Shown piece after piece: positions 38,201-50,200 of a stretch of DNA of 64,000 nt. Source of the DNA: Macrostomum hystrix (Eukaryota > Animalia > Platyhelminthes); NCBI GenBank assembly GCA_950097015.1, contig CATNEN010000039.1:8556001-8620000 (forward strand), read 5' to 3'. The position numbers and the translations under genes were made by a program. The notes under the pieces were generated by a model, which saw only the letters and a list, made by a program, of their open reading frames with translations, ran no database searches and was not told the origin of the DNA. Each line of letters opens with the position of its first letter. Within the stretch, counting starts at the first letter, position 1.

Positions 38201-41200
38201 AGAAAGGAGAGATGAGAGGAGAGAGGAGAGATGAGAGAGCAGAAATGAGAGGAAAATGTAAGATATGAAAGCTAGCGAAGAAATATGAAAGTGAGCTTAG
38301 CAAACGGTGGTTTTCGCTGGGATTTTGACTTGCGATGAAGTCAATGGGTCGATACTGAATCGTGTGGTTTCAAACAGAGTAAATTTTTGGAGCGAATTCG
38401 GACAACAGATCAGATAAACATTAGCTAGCCGCATTTACACAATAATAAATATCAATTATGCATTAATTGCTTGGCGCAGAACAAGGTCCAACACACTGTC
38501 TGCAATATGATCTAGCTGGGTGTGTTTTGAGGCCATAAATTGGCTCCAGACAATCGTTCCGGCCAATATCCTAGTTGAGTCACATAATTGCTGGTTGAGC
38601 ACTGTTTAAACATTTAATTTCGTCCTGTTCTAGAAAATTAATTTCCACATTAGTGCCGACAGAGCAAGCAATGGAACTATCTTCATCGTGGTACAGTTGT
38701 GTCCGATTGTCTCTTTTACAGATCAGCTCGCTTTGATCCTCGGGGAAATGGCTTTTTTAAGCTTAAAGTAAAATGGCAAAGCTGAGATTTAATTAGTAGA
38801 GCCTGCTCACGTTTGTTAAGTTTAGAGTGAGTTGGTTGAGCTCAGAGTGAGTTGGTTGAGCTCAGAGTGAGTTGGTTGAGCTCAGAGTGAGTTGGTTGAG
38901 CTCAGAGTGAGTTGGTTGAGCTCAGAGTGAGTTGGTTGAGCTCAGAGTGGGTTGGCTGATCTCAGAGTGAGTTGGTTGAGCTCAGAGTGAGTTGGTTGAG
39001 CGTATAAGAATGTAGTAGAGGTCAGAGTAATGAGTTGGTTGAGCGTATAAGAGTGTAGTAGAGGTCAGAGTAATGAGTTGGTTGAGCGTATAAGAGTGTA
39101 GTAGAGGTCAGAGTAATGAGTTGGTTGAGCTTATAAGAATGTAGTAGAGGTCAGAGTAATGAGTTGGTTGAGCTTATAAGAATGTAGTAGAGGTCAGAGT
39201 AATGAGTTGGTTGAGCTTATAAGAATGTAGTAGAGGTCAGAGTAATGAGTTGGTTGAGTTTATAAGAATGTAGTAGAGGTCAGAGTAATGAGTTGGTTGA
39301 GTTTATAAGAATGTAGTAGAGGTCAGAGTAATGAGTTGGTTGAGTTTATAAGAATGTAGTAGAGGTCAGAGTAATGAGTTGGTTGAGTTTATAAGAATGT
39401 AGTAGAGGTCAGAGTAATGAGTTGGTTGAGTTTATAAGAATGTAGTAGAGGTCAGAGTAATGAGTTGGTTGAGTTTATAAGAATGTAGTAGAGGTCAGAG
39501 TAATGAGTTGGTTGAGTTTATAAGAATGTAGTAGAGGTCAGAGTAATGAGTTGGTTGAGTTTATAAGAATGTAGTAGAGGTCAGAGTAATGAGTTGGTTG
39601 AGTTTATAAGAATGTAGTAGAGGTCAGAGTAATGAGTTGGTTGAGTTTATAAGAATGTAGTAGAGGTCAGAGTAATGAGTTGGTTGAGCGTATAAGAATG
39701 TATTAGAGGTCAGAGTAAGTTTACACGAGCTATTGCAAGACTCAGTACATTGCTGCAACCAGTTTTAGGCTTAGGCACAGTTGTGGCCCAATCAATATCG
39801 TGGTGAATTGACTAGCAGTGCTTGGCTACACTGCAGTGTGCTATCAGGCTGTACGATCTACTTGGGCCAAGAATGCAGACTTATGATAAGCATTATTTTA
39901 CTAATAACTTACTAGCCAAATCCAGCGTAGATCACCTCATTCCCCAAATTAATAAAGAAAAGCTGGCCCGGTAACACCTGGCTGGCCTTATGCGAGGCTT
40001 AGTCTTTGGTGGGTTAAGCGGCTGGCTTAGTCATACGCAGGCGCGCAAGTCATTCAGCGGCAATAGAGAAATATCGGCCATTTGTTCAGCGCACAGTGTG
40101 GGAGGCAGGGCTAACATTTTGATAGCAAGCAGGTGCCTCCCCACACAGGAGATGCAATAGGAAACGGGAATTGTCTGCAGACCAAGTGGCGTCTTGAATG
40201 GCCTTAACTGTAGCCGTGTTTATTGGGTTCTGGTGGGTCAACTGGTGCCACGATCGCGCCAAGCCTGCAAGTGTTCGCTTGTGTTCATGCTGTATATTGT
40301 GGAAGTATAACTTTTCCTTTGGCATTTGTGCTGGCCTCTGCTGCTGCTGCTGCTGCTGCTGCTGCCTCCGTCAGATTGTTAGTCTTTATTTGTCTTGTCC
40401 TGAAAAATAAATGGACCAGCGGTTTATGAGCCTGGCAGTGTAGGGAATAAGGGAATAAAATCAGTAGGGAATAAAATCACTCCCTTTTTGCTCACCATAG
40501 CACAGGTGAAAAAAGACAGTTCAGGTAGATTTCAGTTCAGGTAGATTTCAGTTCAGGTAGATTTCAGTTCAGGTAGATTTCAGTTCAGGTAGATTTCAGT
40601 TCAGGTAGATTTCAGTTCAGGTAGATTTCAGTTCAGGTAGATTTCAGTTCAGGTAGATTTCAGTTCAGGTAGATTTCAGTTCAGGTAGATTTCAGTTCAG
40701 GTAGATTTCAGTTCAGGTAGATTTCAGTTCAGGTAGATTTCAGTTCAGGTAGATTTCAGTTCAGGTAGATTTCAGTTCAGGTAGATTTCAGTTCAGGTAG
40801 ATTTCAGTTCAGGTAGATTTCAGTTCAGGTAGATTTCAGTTCAGGTAGATTTCAGTTCAGGTAGACTTCAATTCGATCAGGGAGATTTCTGATGCATTTT
40901 TCTGCCAACCCACCTCACAAATCCGCAGGCTGTAAAACTCAAGTGCGAGGAGCGCCGACTGTGCAATGTGACGTCATCATCCTTGCCAGCATCCGGCCCG
41001 GACCCACTGAACCTGGCGCCCTGCTACCGACTGCTGGACAGACTAATGCTGCGCTACCAATGCGAGCCAGGTGAGGCGCCTCATGATTGGGATTTTTGGA
41101 AGAATTATTTCCCCTGCTTTAAGGGCGATTTTATCCACGAAAATTTTGCGGCCTAGTTGATACTTGCATGCTGGAATCTGGGGATCATTTTCCGATTGGG

Positions 41201-44200
41201 ATTTCCAATCTAGGCTGGAATCTGGGGATAATTGTCCGATTGGGATTTCCAATCTAGGCTGGAATCTGGGGATAATTGTCCGATGGGGATCTCTGATCCC
41301 ATGCTGGAATCTAGGATAATTGTCCGATGGGGATCTCTGATCCCATGCTGGAATCTGGGGATAATTGTCCGATGGGGATCTCTGATCCCATGCTATAATC
41401 TGGATAATTGTCCGATGGGAATCTCAGATCCCATGCTGGAATCTGGGGATAATTGTCCGATGGGAATCTCAGATCCCATGCTGGAATCTGGGATAATTGT
41501 CCGATGGGAATCTCAGATCCCATGCTTTAATCTGGGGATAATTGTCCGATGGGAATCTCAGATCCCATGCTGGAATCTGGGGATAATTGTCCGATGGGAA
41601 TCTCAGATCCCATGCTGGAATCTGGGATAATTGTCCGATGGGAATCTCTGATCCCATGCTATAATCTGGGGATAATTGTCCGATGGGGATCTCTGATCCC
41701 ATGCTGGAATCTGGGGATAATTGTCCGATGGGGATCTCAGATTCCTTTGTGGAATCATGGGATAATGGAAGGAATGGGATCTCAAATCCGGTGCTGCAAT
41801 TGTGGGATAATTACAAAGCGAATCAAGTCAAAATAATTGTCTAAATTATTCTGTGTATGAAATTATGACATTTTTTTCATACTAGTTGATAAATGGGATA
41901 GAAAAAGACACGCAAACTGTTATTTCCCCGCATTAATTTGTCATGTAATTCTAAAATTGACAGTCGAATTCCCAGTTGTGCCATTCAGGCCACTCACTCA
42001 ACTTGGGGGGGGGGTTGGCGGCAGTTGATTTGTCGGAACAAAGACTTATCAGATAGAAAGGTGGATTGTGTTGAAAAGAAAAAAGCTTGCTCAACCAACA
42101 AAGACCTCAAAGCACAAAGGCCCCGAACAACCCGGCCCCCCAGCAGAATGCCGGGCACGCAATAGAAGTGACGAGACATAGGGCAAAGTTTGCAGCGAAG
42201 TCATTGCGCTTTGAGTTCAGTAACAGTCCGGAGTAGAGTAAGGTGTTAGAAAATGCTGTTTATTTCAATTCAGAGGACCCCGCTTTGACTTCCCCGGATT
42301 TCAGAAAAACGAGGAGAGTGACTGTAGTTCTGTGTGCTTTTATAGTTTTTTTTCAGTTAATTTAGACCGATTGTCAGGAAGCCCAACTAGGTTTGTTTGT
42401 TTATCGATTGAGCTTTTTATAAAAAATATTTAATTGTATAGACAGTAGGACTCACCAACTGAGCAGGAGGGTATGAGGAAACGGCACTGACCTTTGAACT
42501 GTGTCAGAATCAGGGTCATCTCTAGGGTCCCCTCTGCCATATGGGGCTGTGCGCTTTGATCAGGGATTTTTTAGCAGCAGAATCAATTCTAATAATTGTA
42601 TGCGTCTATAGACTCTTTATAGATATCCCAACAGTAAAAAATCCCTTAGATTTGAGATCTACCCCTTTCCACCTCTGAAATCTCCCCTTTCCACCTTCTA
42701 CCCCCTTTCCACCTATGAGATCTCATCCAATCCACTCCTGCGATCTCCCCTAATTCACCTCTGAGATCTCACCCTATCCACCTCTGAGATCTCCCCCTCT
42801 CCACCTCTGAGATCTCTTCCTCCACCCCAATCTCTAACTCGCATCCGTGAGATCTCTCTTCACTTTGAGATACCTCCCTCTGTCTCCTCCAGCGCCTCCA
42901 ACCCCAGTCTCACCTGAAATCTTTCCAAACACTCAGTGATTCGCAGCCGGCTAATCTGCGCCGACACGTACACCTCAGTGTCCTGCGGTGGCCGCGGCCG
43001 CCTCATCACTCTGGACGCCGTGCTGACCAGCCGATTCCTTCTGCCGCAGCTGCTGGACTCGGCCGATGTCGAAGCCGATGAGGCCACCAGCAGCGCTCTG
43101 GAGTCCGGGCCTGCGATGGGATCTCAGCGAGCTGGGGTTAGTTGATAATGTGCGGAGAGCTGCGTTTGGGGGGAGGGAAGAACTATGGTTTGAAGGAGGG
43201 GAGAACTATGGTTTGAAGGAGGGGAGAACTATGGTTTGAAGGAGGGGAGAACTAGGGTTTGGGGGAGGGGAGAACTATGGTTTGGGGGAGAGGGGAGAAC
43301 TAGGGTTTGGGGGAGGGAGAACTAGGGTTTGGGAGAAGGGAGAAATAGGGTTTGGGAGAGGGGAGAACTAGGGTTTGGTGGAGAGGGAAGAACTAGGGTT
43401 TGGGGGGAGAGGAAAGAACTATGGTTTGGGGGAAAGGGAAGAACTAGGATTTTGGGGAAAGGGAAGAGCTAGGGTTTGGGAGAGAGGGGAGAACTAGAGC
43501 TTGGGGAGAGAGAAGAACTAGGATTTATATGTGCAAATGGGGATTCTTAGAATCACGGATCTCATCCCCAGACCTGCCACCAATCACGCCCCCTCCAGAA
43601 TCAGCAGCAGCGATGTCCAGACACGTCAAGGCCGGGCACTAAGGCAGCCCGATGCCCGGACTTGCAGGCAAGCGCCTTTGGTGAAGTCAAACGCCGTTGC
43701 GACGGTCGGCACTCGTGCACCGTGCTGGCAGACGCCCAGCAGCTAATGGCGAGCATTCCGGGATGTGCCAGGCCACACCTGCTGCTGCTGTTCGCCTGCC
43801 GTGAGTCACCGGGCTCTGAAGAGTTGCGATAGATCGTAGGGAATTTAGTGGGATTGTAGGGAAGTTGGTGGGATTGTAGGGAAGCTGGTGGGATTGTAGG
43901 GAAGCTGGTGGGATCGTAGGAAAGCTGTTGGGATCGTAGGAAAGCTGTTGGGATTGTAGGGAAGCTGGTGGGATTGTAGGGAAGCTGGTGGAACTGTAGG
44001 GAAGTTGGTGGGATTGTAGGGAAGCTAGTGGGATTGTAGGGAGGTTGGTGGGATTGTAGGGAATCTGTTTGGATTGTAGGGAAGCTAGTGGGATTGTAGG
44101 GAAGCTAGTGGGATTGTAGGGAAGCTGGTGGAACTGTAGGGAAGTTGGTGGGATTGTAGGGAAGCTAGTGGGATTGTAGGGAGGTTGGTGGGATTGTAGG

Positions 44201-47200
44201 GAATCTGTTTGGATTGTAGGGAAGCTAGTGGGATTGTAGGGAAGCTAGTGGGATTTTAGGGAAGCTAGTGGGATTGTAGGGAAGTTGGCGGGTTCGTAGG
44301 GAAGCTGTTGGGATTGTAGGGAAGCTAGTGGGATTGTTGGGAAGCTTTTGGAATTGTAGGGAAGCTAGTGGGACTGTAGGGAAGTTGGTGGGATTGTAGG
44401 GAAGCTAGTGTGACATAGGGAAGTTAGTGGGATTGTAGGGAAGTTGGTGGGATTGTAGGGAAGTTAGTGGGATTGTAGGGAAGCTGGTGGGATTGTAGGG
44501 AAGCTGGTGGAACTGTAGGGAAGTTGGTGGGATTGTAGGGAAGCTAGTGGGATTGTAGGGAGGTTGGTGGGATTGTAGGGAATCTGTTTGGATTGTAGGG
44601 AAGCTAGTGGGATTGTAGGGAAGCTAGTGGGATTTTAGGGAAGCTAGTGGGATTGTAGGGAAGTTGGCGGGTTCGTAGGGAAGCTGTTGGGATTGTAGGG
44701 AAGCTAGTGGGATTGTTGGGAAGCTTTTGGAATTGTAGGGAAGCTAGTGGGACTGTAGGGAAGTTGGTGGGATTGTAGGGAAGCTAGTGTGACATAGGGA
44801 AGTTAGTGGGATTGTAGGGAAGTTGGTGGGATTGTAGGGAAGTTAGTGGGATTGTAGGGAAGCTGGTGGGATTGTAAGGAAGCTAGTGAGATTGTAGGGA
44901 AGCTAGTGGGATTGTAGGGAAGCTAGTGGGATTTTAGGGAAGCTAGTGGGATTTTAGGGAAGCTAGTGGGACTGTAGGGACGTTGGCAGGGTTGTAGGGA
45001 AGCTTGCAGGATTGAAGGTAACCTTTGGGATTGTTGACAAGGTAAGGTTGAAATCATTTAATAGGAAGATAAATAGATTTTGTTCAAACTATTGATAATT
45101 ACTTACAATATTCTCAATTTCGCAGTACCAGACACTGTGTTGGATTCAAAGCTACCAAACTTTCCGCCGCCGGTGACTGATGATAATGGCGGCGGTGGTC
45201 GAGAGCCGTCAGTGATTCTACCTGACAACTCGGACGAGCTGAGTCGGAGCCCTGTCCTGAACGGCTTGAGAGCAAACAAGGATTGGAGTAGAAACTCAAC
45301 GGCAGGTAACGATACCGCCTGAAAAATCTGGGGCTGTTATCAGTTCCTGAAGGTTCAGGGGTTAAATGGGTTGAGTGGACTGAAGGAACAGGGGTTAAAT
45401 GGGGTGAGTGGACTGGGGGAACAGGGGTTAAATGTGGTGAGTGGACTGGGGGAACAGGGGTTAAATGGGGTGAGTGGACTGGAGGAACAGGGGTTAAATG
45501 CGGTGAGTGGACTGGAGGAACAGGGGTTAAATGGGGTGAGTGGACTGGGGGAACAGGGGTTAAATGTGGTGAGTGGACTGGGGGAACAGGGGTTAAATGG
45601 GGTGAGTGGACTGAAGGAACAGGGGTTAAATGGGGTGAGTGGACTGAAGGAACAGCGGTTAAATGCGGTGAGTGGACTGGAGGAACAGGGGTTAAATGGG
45701 GTGAGTGGACTGAAGGAACAGGGGTTAAATGGGGTGAGTGGACTGGAGGAACAGGGGTTAAATGCGGTGAGTGGACTGGAGGAACAGGGGTTAAATGGGG
45801 TGAGTGGACTGGAGGAACAGGGGTTAAATGCGGTGAGTGGACTGGAGGAACAGGGGTTAAATGGGGTGAGTGGACTGAAGGAACAGGGGTTAAATGCGGT
45901 GAGTGGACTGGAGGAACAGGGGTTAAATGGGGTGAGTGGACTGGAGGAACAGGGGTTAAATGGGGTGAGTGGACTGGAGGAACAGGTGTTAAATGGGGTG
46001 AGTGGACTGAAGGAACAGCGGTTAAATGCGGTGAGTGGACTGGAGGAACAGGGGTTAAATGGGGTGAGTGGACTGAAGGAACAGGGGTTAAATGGGGTGA
46101 GTGGACTGGAGGAACAGGGGTTAAATGGGGTGAGTGGACTGAAGGAACAGGGGTTAAATGGGGTGAGTGGACTGAAGGAACAGCGGTTAAATGCGGTGAG
46201 TGGACTGGAGGAACAGGGGTTAAATGGGGTGAGTGGACTGAAGGAACAGGGGTTAAATGGGGTGAGTGGACTGGAGGAACAGGGGTTAAATGCGGTGAGT
46301 GGACTGGAGGAACAGGGGTTAAATGGGGTGAGTGGACTGGAGGAACAGGGGTTAAATGGGGTGAGTGGACTGGAGGAACAGGGTTAAATGGGGTGAGTGG
46401 ACTGGAGGAACAGGGGTTAAATGGGGTGAGTGGACTGAAGGAACAGGGGTTAAATGCGGTGAGTGGACTGAAGGAACAGGGGTTAAATGGGGTGAGTGGA
46501 CTGGAGGGGTTATTTGCCTCTATGGAATAAGAATACCCAGTGAAAGCAGACTGGGGCAACTCAGAGAAGCAGCGAGTCAAATTGGGAATCAAACCCTACC
46601 AGCTGCAGGACCCGAAGCCCGCAATTATAAGTCGAGAGATTTCCTCGCCCTAACTGTTGCGTCATCGAGCGAGCCGTGGCGATTTTATCCCCAGAGCTCC
46701 ACACAGTGAGCGGTGCAGTAAATTCCACCCTAATTAGTTAGATATACGAGAGCGCCTGAAAGTAACCACAATGCGACTTGACCTATGATTCGTGCGCTAG
46801 CTGGGGCTCAGTCAGACGTTTGGTTAATCCCAACACAGCTTGCTATCCTAATGCCCTTATTCGCTCACTCACTCCTTCTGTCAGACACTTCGCAGAAGCT
46901 AAGTGAAGTAGCGCAGAAAACTATGTTTGCTTGTTGCCTTTATCTGTTTGCTGGGGCTGGCCGGCCGTTCCTTTTAGTCCTTCTCGCTTTTTTGCAAATT
47001 ATCGGCTTAGAAATGCACGGACCGTATGCCTGCGTGACTCATGCGCCACGACAGCGGCTCTTCTAACAGGATCTGACGGGGAGGCAGAGTCTGTTGAGGG
47101 TAGGGGCGGAGTCAGTTATGAATAGGTGCGGAGTCAGTTATGGATAGGGGCGAAGTCAGTTATGGATAGGGGCGGAGTCAGTTATGGATAGGGGTGGAGT

Positions 47201-50200
47201 CCGTTAGGGGTAGTAGCGGAGTCAGTTATGGATAGGGGCGGAGTCTGTTAGGGATAGGGGCGGAGTCTGTTAGGGATAGGGGCGGAGTCCGTTAGGGGTA
47301 GTAGCGGAGTCAGTTATGGATAGGGGCGGAGTCAGTTATGGATAGGGGCGGAGTCTGTTAGGGATAGGGGCGGAGTCCGTTAGGGGTAGTAGCGGAGTCA
47401 GTTATGGATAGGGGCGGAGTCTGTTAGGGATAGGGGCGGAGTCCGTTAGGGGTAGTAGCGGAGTCAGTTATGGATAGGGGCGGAGTCTGTTAGGGATAGG
47501 GGCGGAGTCCGTTAGGGGTAGTAGCGGAGTCAGTTATGGATAGGGGCGGAGTCTGTTAGGGATAGGGGCGGAGTCCGTTAGGGGTAGTAGCGGAGTCAGT
47601 TATGGATAGGGGCGGAGTCTGTTAGGGATAGGGGCGGAGTCCGTTAGGGGTAGTAGCGGAGTCAGTTATGGATAGGGGCGGAGTCTGTTAGGGATAGGGG
47701 CGGAGTCCGTTAGGGGTAGTAGCGGAGTCAGTTATGGATAGGGGCGGAGTCAGTTATGGATAGGGGCGGAGTCTGTTAGGGATAGGGGCGGAGTCCGTTA
47801 GGGGTAGTAGCGGAGTCAGTTATGGATAGGGGCGGAGTCTGTTAGGGATAGGGGCGGAGTCCGTTAGGGGTAGTAGCGGAGTCAGTTATGGATAGGGGCG
47901 GAGTCTGTTAGGGATAGGGGCGGAGTCTGTTAGGGATAGGGGCGGAGTCTGTTAGGGATAGGGGCGGAGTCTGTTAGGGATTGGGGCGGAGTCTGTTAAG
48001 GATAGGGCCGTGTAGAGTCTCACGAAAAGGCTGAGTCCGCTAAGTGCCAGGCTCCAATATTTATATTTGCATCGATGGATATTGAGGTGGGTCACAAGAC
48101 GTATCAGATGAAATAAGAACAGTGGAGAATGTACATGGAATGTACATGGTTAGAGGGGCAGACAGCCAAACTGCGCAAGCGATGGAGGCAGCCTTAGAGA
48201 GAGAATCATTTCCTTCCCCAGCAAGGAATAAAAGTAGAGTTATTAGCGATGGGAATAAAAAGGAATCGCGTTGCAAAACCAGGAATTTAGGTGAGCAAAA
48301 AGGTTTCCAAAATTCGCACCTGATGATGCGACAGGGCGCATGAATGTCGAATAGCTGGGACAGCGGTAGCGAGCAAAGGGAAATATCCCCCAAATGGCAG
48401 AGCCGTACAAGCAATGAAGGTAATGATGCTTGGCTACGCAATTAAACAAACGCGCACGAAAGGGCAAAAGAGATGTTCATCAGTACAAGCATTAAATTAG
48501 CGTTAAGTTAGATGTCAAATAAAACGTGAGCACCAATAGCAGGAATCGTGCAGTGTCAGTCCCTAGATCATGACAGTCACTGAGTACACAAAGCAGCTCG
48601 ATGGGTCAATCCGGACCCGGCTTGCACGCCTTGCACGTGGTTGGGGGGGGGCGCAGCGCGATGAGCTTGGGCGACAGACTCGGTCGTCGTGGATGACATG
48701 CTGATGACAACCGGGTAGCGTGGGAAGTAGTCGACCAGGACCATGAGATGCCGGTTGTGCACTGGTCCAGTAAAGTGGATGCCCACCGTGTGCCAAGCGC
48801 ATTGGGGGCAGTGCTGTGGGGCTCAGCGGAGCTGCTGGAACTTCGGCTTGATGACTTGACAAGGAAGACAGCTGTCACACATACGCTGCGCTTGTCCTGC
48901 CATGCCTGGCCACCAGACCTTTGCCGACAGTCGGAGTCTTTTTTCCACCGTGGTGTCCTTGGTGTGCGAGCTTCAGGACGGTATGCCACAGGGTCTTCAG
49001 TACGACGATTCGGTGGCCTCTCAATTGTATCCCGTCCGTGGCTGACGGCTCCTGTTTGACACAGTGCAGGGACCGCAGAGTCGAGTCACGAAGGTCCCAG
49101 CTGCCTCCTCGCATGGCGGAGATGGCTGCTTGCAGTGGTTCGTCGCGTGATGTCGCGTCCTTGAACTGCTGCAGTGAGAGTCCCTTTGGAGTGGCATCCT
49201 CGGCGATGCTGCTCATGTTGTGGGTGTGTCTGGACTCTCCCGCCCCGGTGTTAGATGGGCCCGCGCTGGGCTGCTGGCTCAGGACGTCGCTTGGATTGGT
49301 GGGGCCTGGTCTGTTGCTCGTCTCAAACACCAGGTCCTGAAAAGGTGGCTTGAAAAGGTGCACCAGTGGCTTCTGGTCCGTGATGACCTGGAAGCCCGGG
49401 GAGCCGCTCAGGTACTGACGTAATCGCAGACAGCCGAATTCAACTTCTGGTGCTTCTCTCTCGGTCTGTGAGTAGCGAGTTTCCACGGCTTTCAGCAAGC
49501 GGCTTGCGTAAGCGACGGGTCTCAGGCTGCCGTCGGGCTGTTGCTGGCCAAGGATAGCTCCGAGTCCTGTCGGGCTGGCGTCTACGATCACCTCCGTTGG
49601 CCTCCGCTTGTCAAAGAACGCCATGGTGCTCGTTGCAGAAATAGAGTTCTTGACTGCTTTGAAGGCGGCGTCCTCAGTGGCTCCCCAGCTCCAAGTAGCG
49701 TCCTTCCTGGTCAGGTCACGAGTCAGTTAGGGGCGGAGTCAGTTAGGATAGGGGCGGAGTCAGTTAGGATAGGGGCGGGTTATGTTATGGAAAGGGGCGG
49801 AGTCAGTTATGGATAGGGGCGGAGTCAGTTAGGATAGGGGCGGAGTCTGTTAGGGGTAGTAGCGGAGTCAGTTATGGATAGGGGCGGAGTCAGTTATGGA
49901 AACGGGCGGAGTCAGTTATGGATAGGGGCGGAGTCAGTTATGGATAGGGGCGGAGTCAGTTATGGATAGGGGCGGAGTCAGTTATGGATAGGGGCGGAGT
50001 CAGTTATGGATAGGGGCGGAGTCAGTTATGGATAGGGGCGGAGTCAGTTATGGATAGGGGCGGAGTCAGTTATGGATAGGGGCGGAGTCAGTTATGGATA
50101 GGGGCGGAGTCAGTTATGGATAGGGGCGGAGTCAGTTAGGATTGGGGCGGAGTCAGTTAGGGATAGGACTCATAAAAAGTATGAGAATAAATTTCTCCAA

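Noticed and set aside
37200-40430. Short ORFs in eva-1 intron 2 (37205-37462, 40086-40429) as a nested gene
   Set aside because: No recognisable domains or consistent splice chain; one is driven by a (CTG)n microsatellite.
42274-42317. Extra small eva-1 exon
   Set aside because: It would end in phase 0 and break the frame; exon 41070 joins 42937 directly with a continuous lectin pattern.
45114-46592. 492-aa (PVPPVHSPHLT)n and 338-aa (EQGLNGVSGL)n ORFs, and similar ORFs at 15-16, 31-32, 41, 52, 55 and 60-61 kb
   Set aside because: Translations of minisatellites lying in introns or intergenic DNA, with no domain or splice support.
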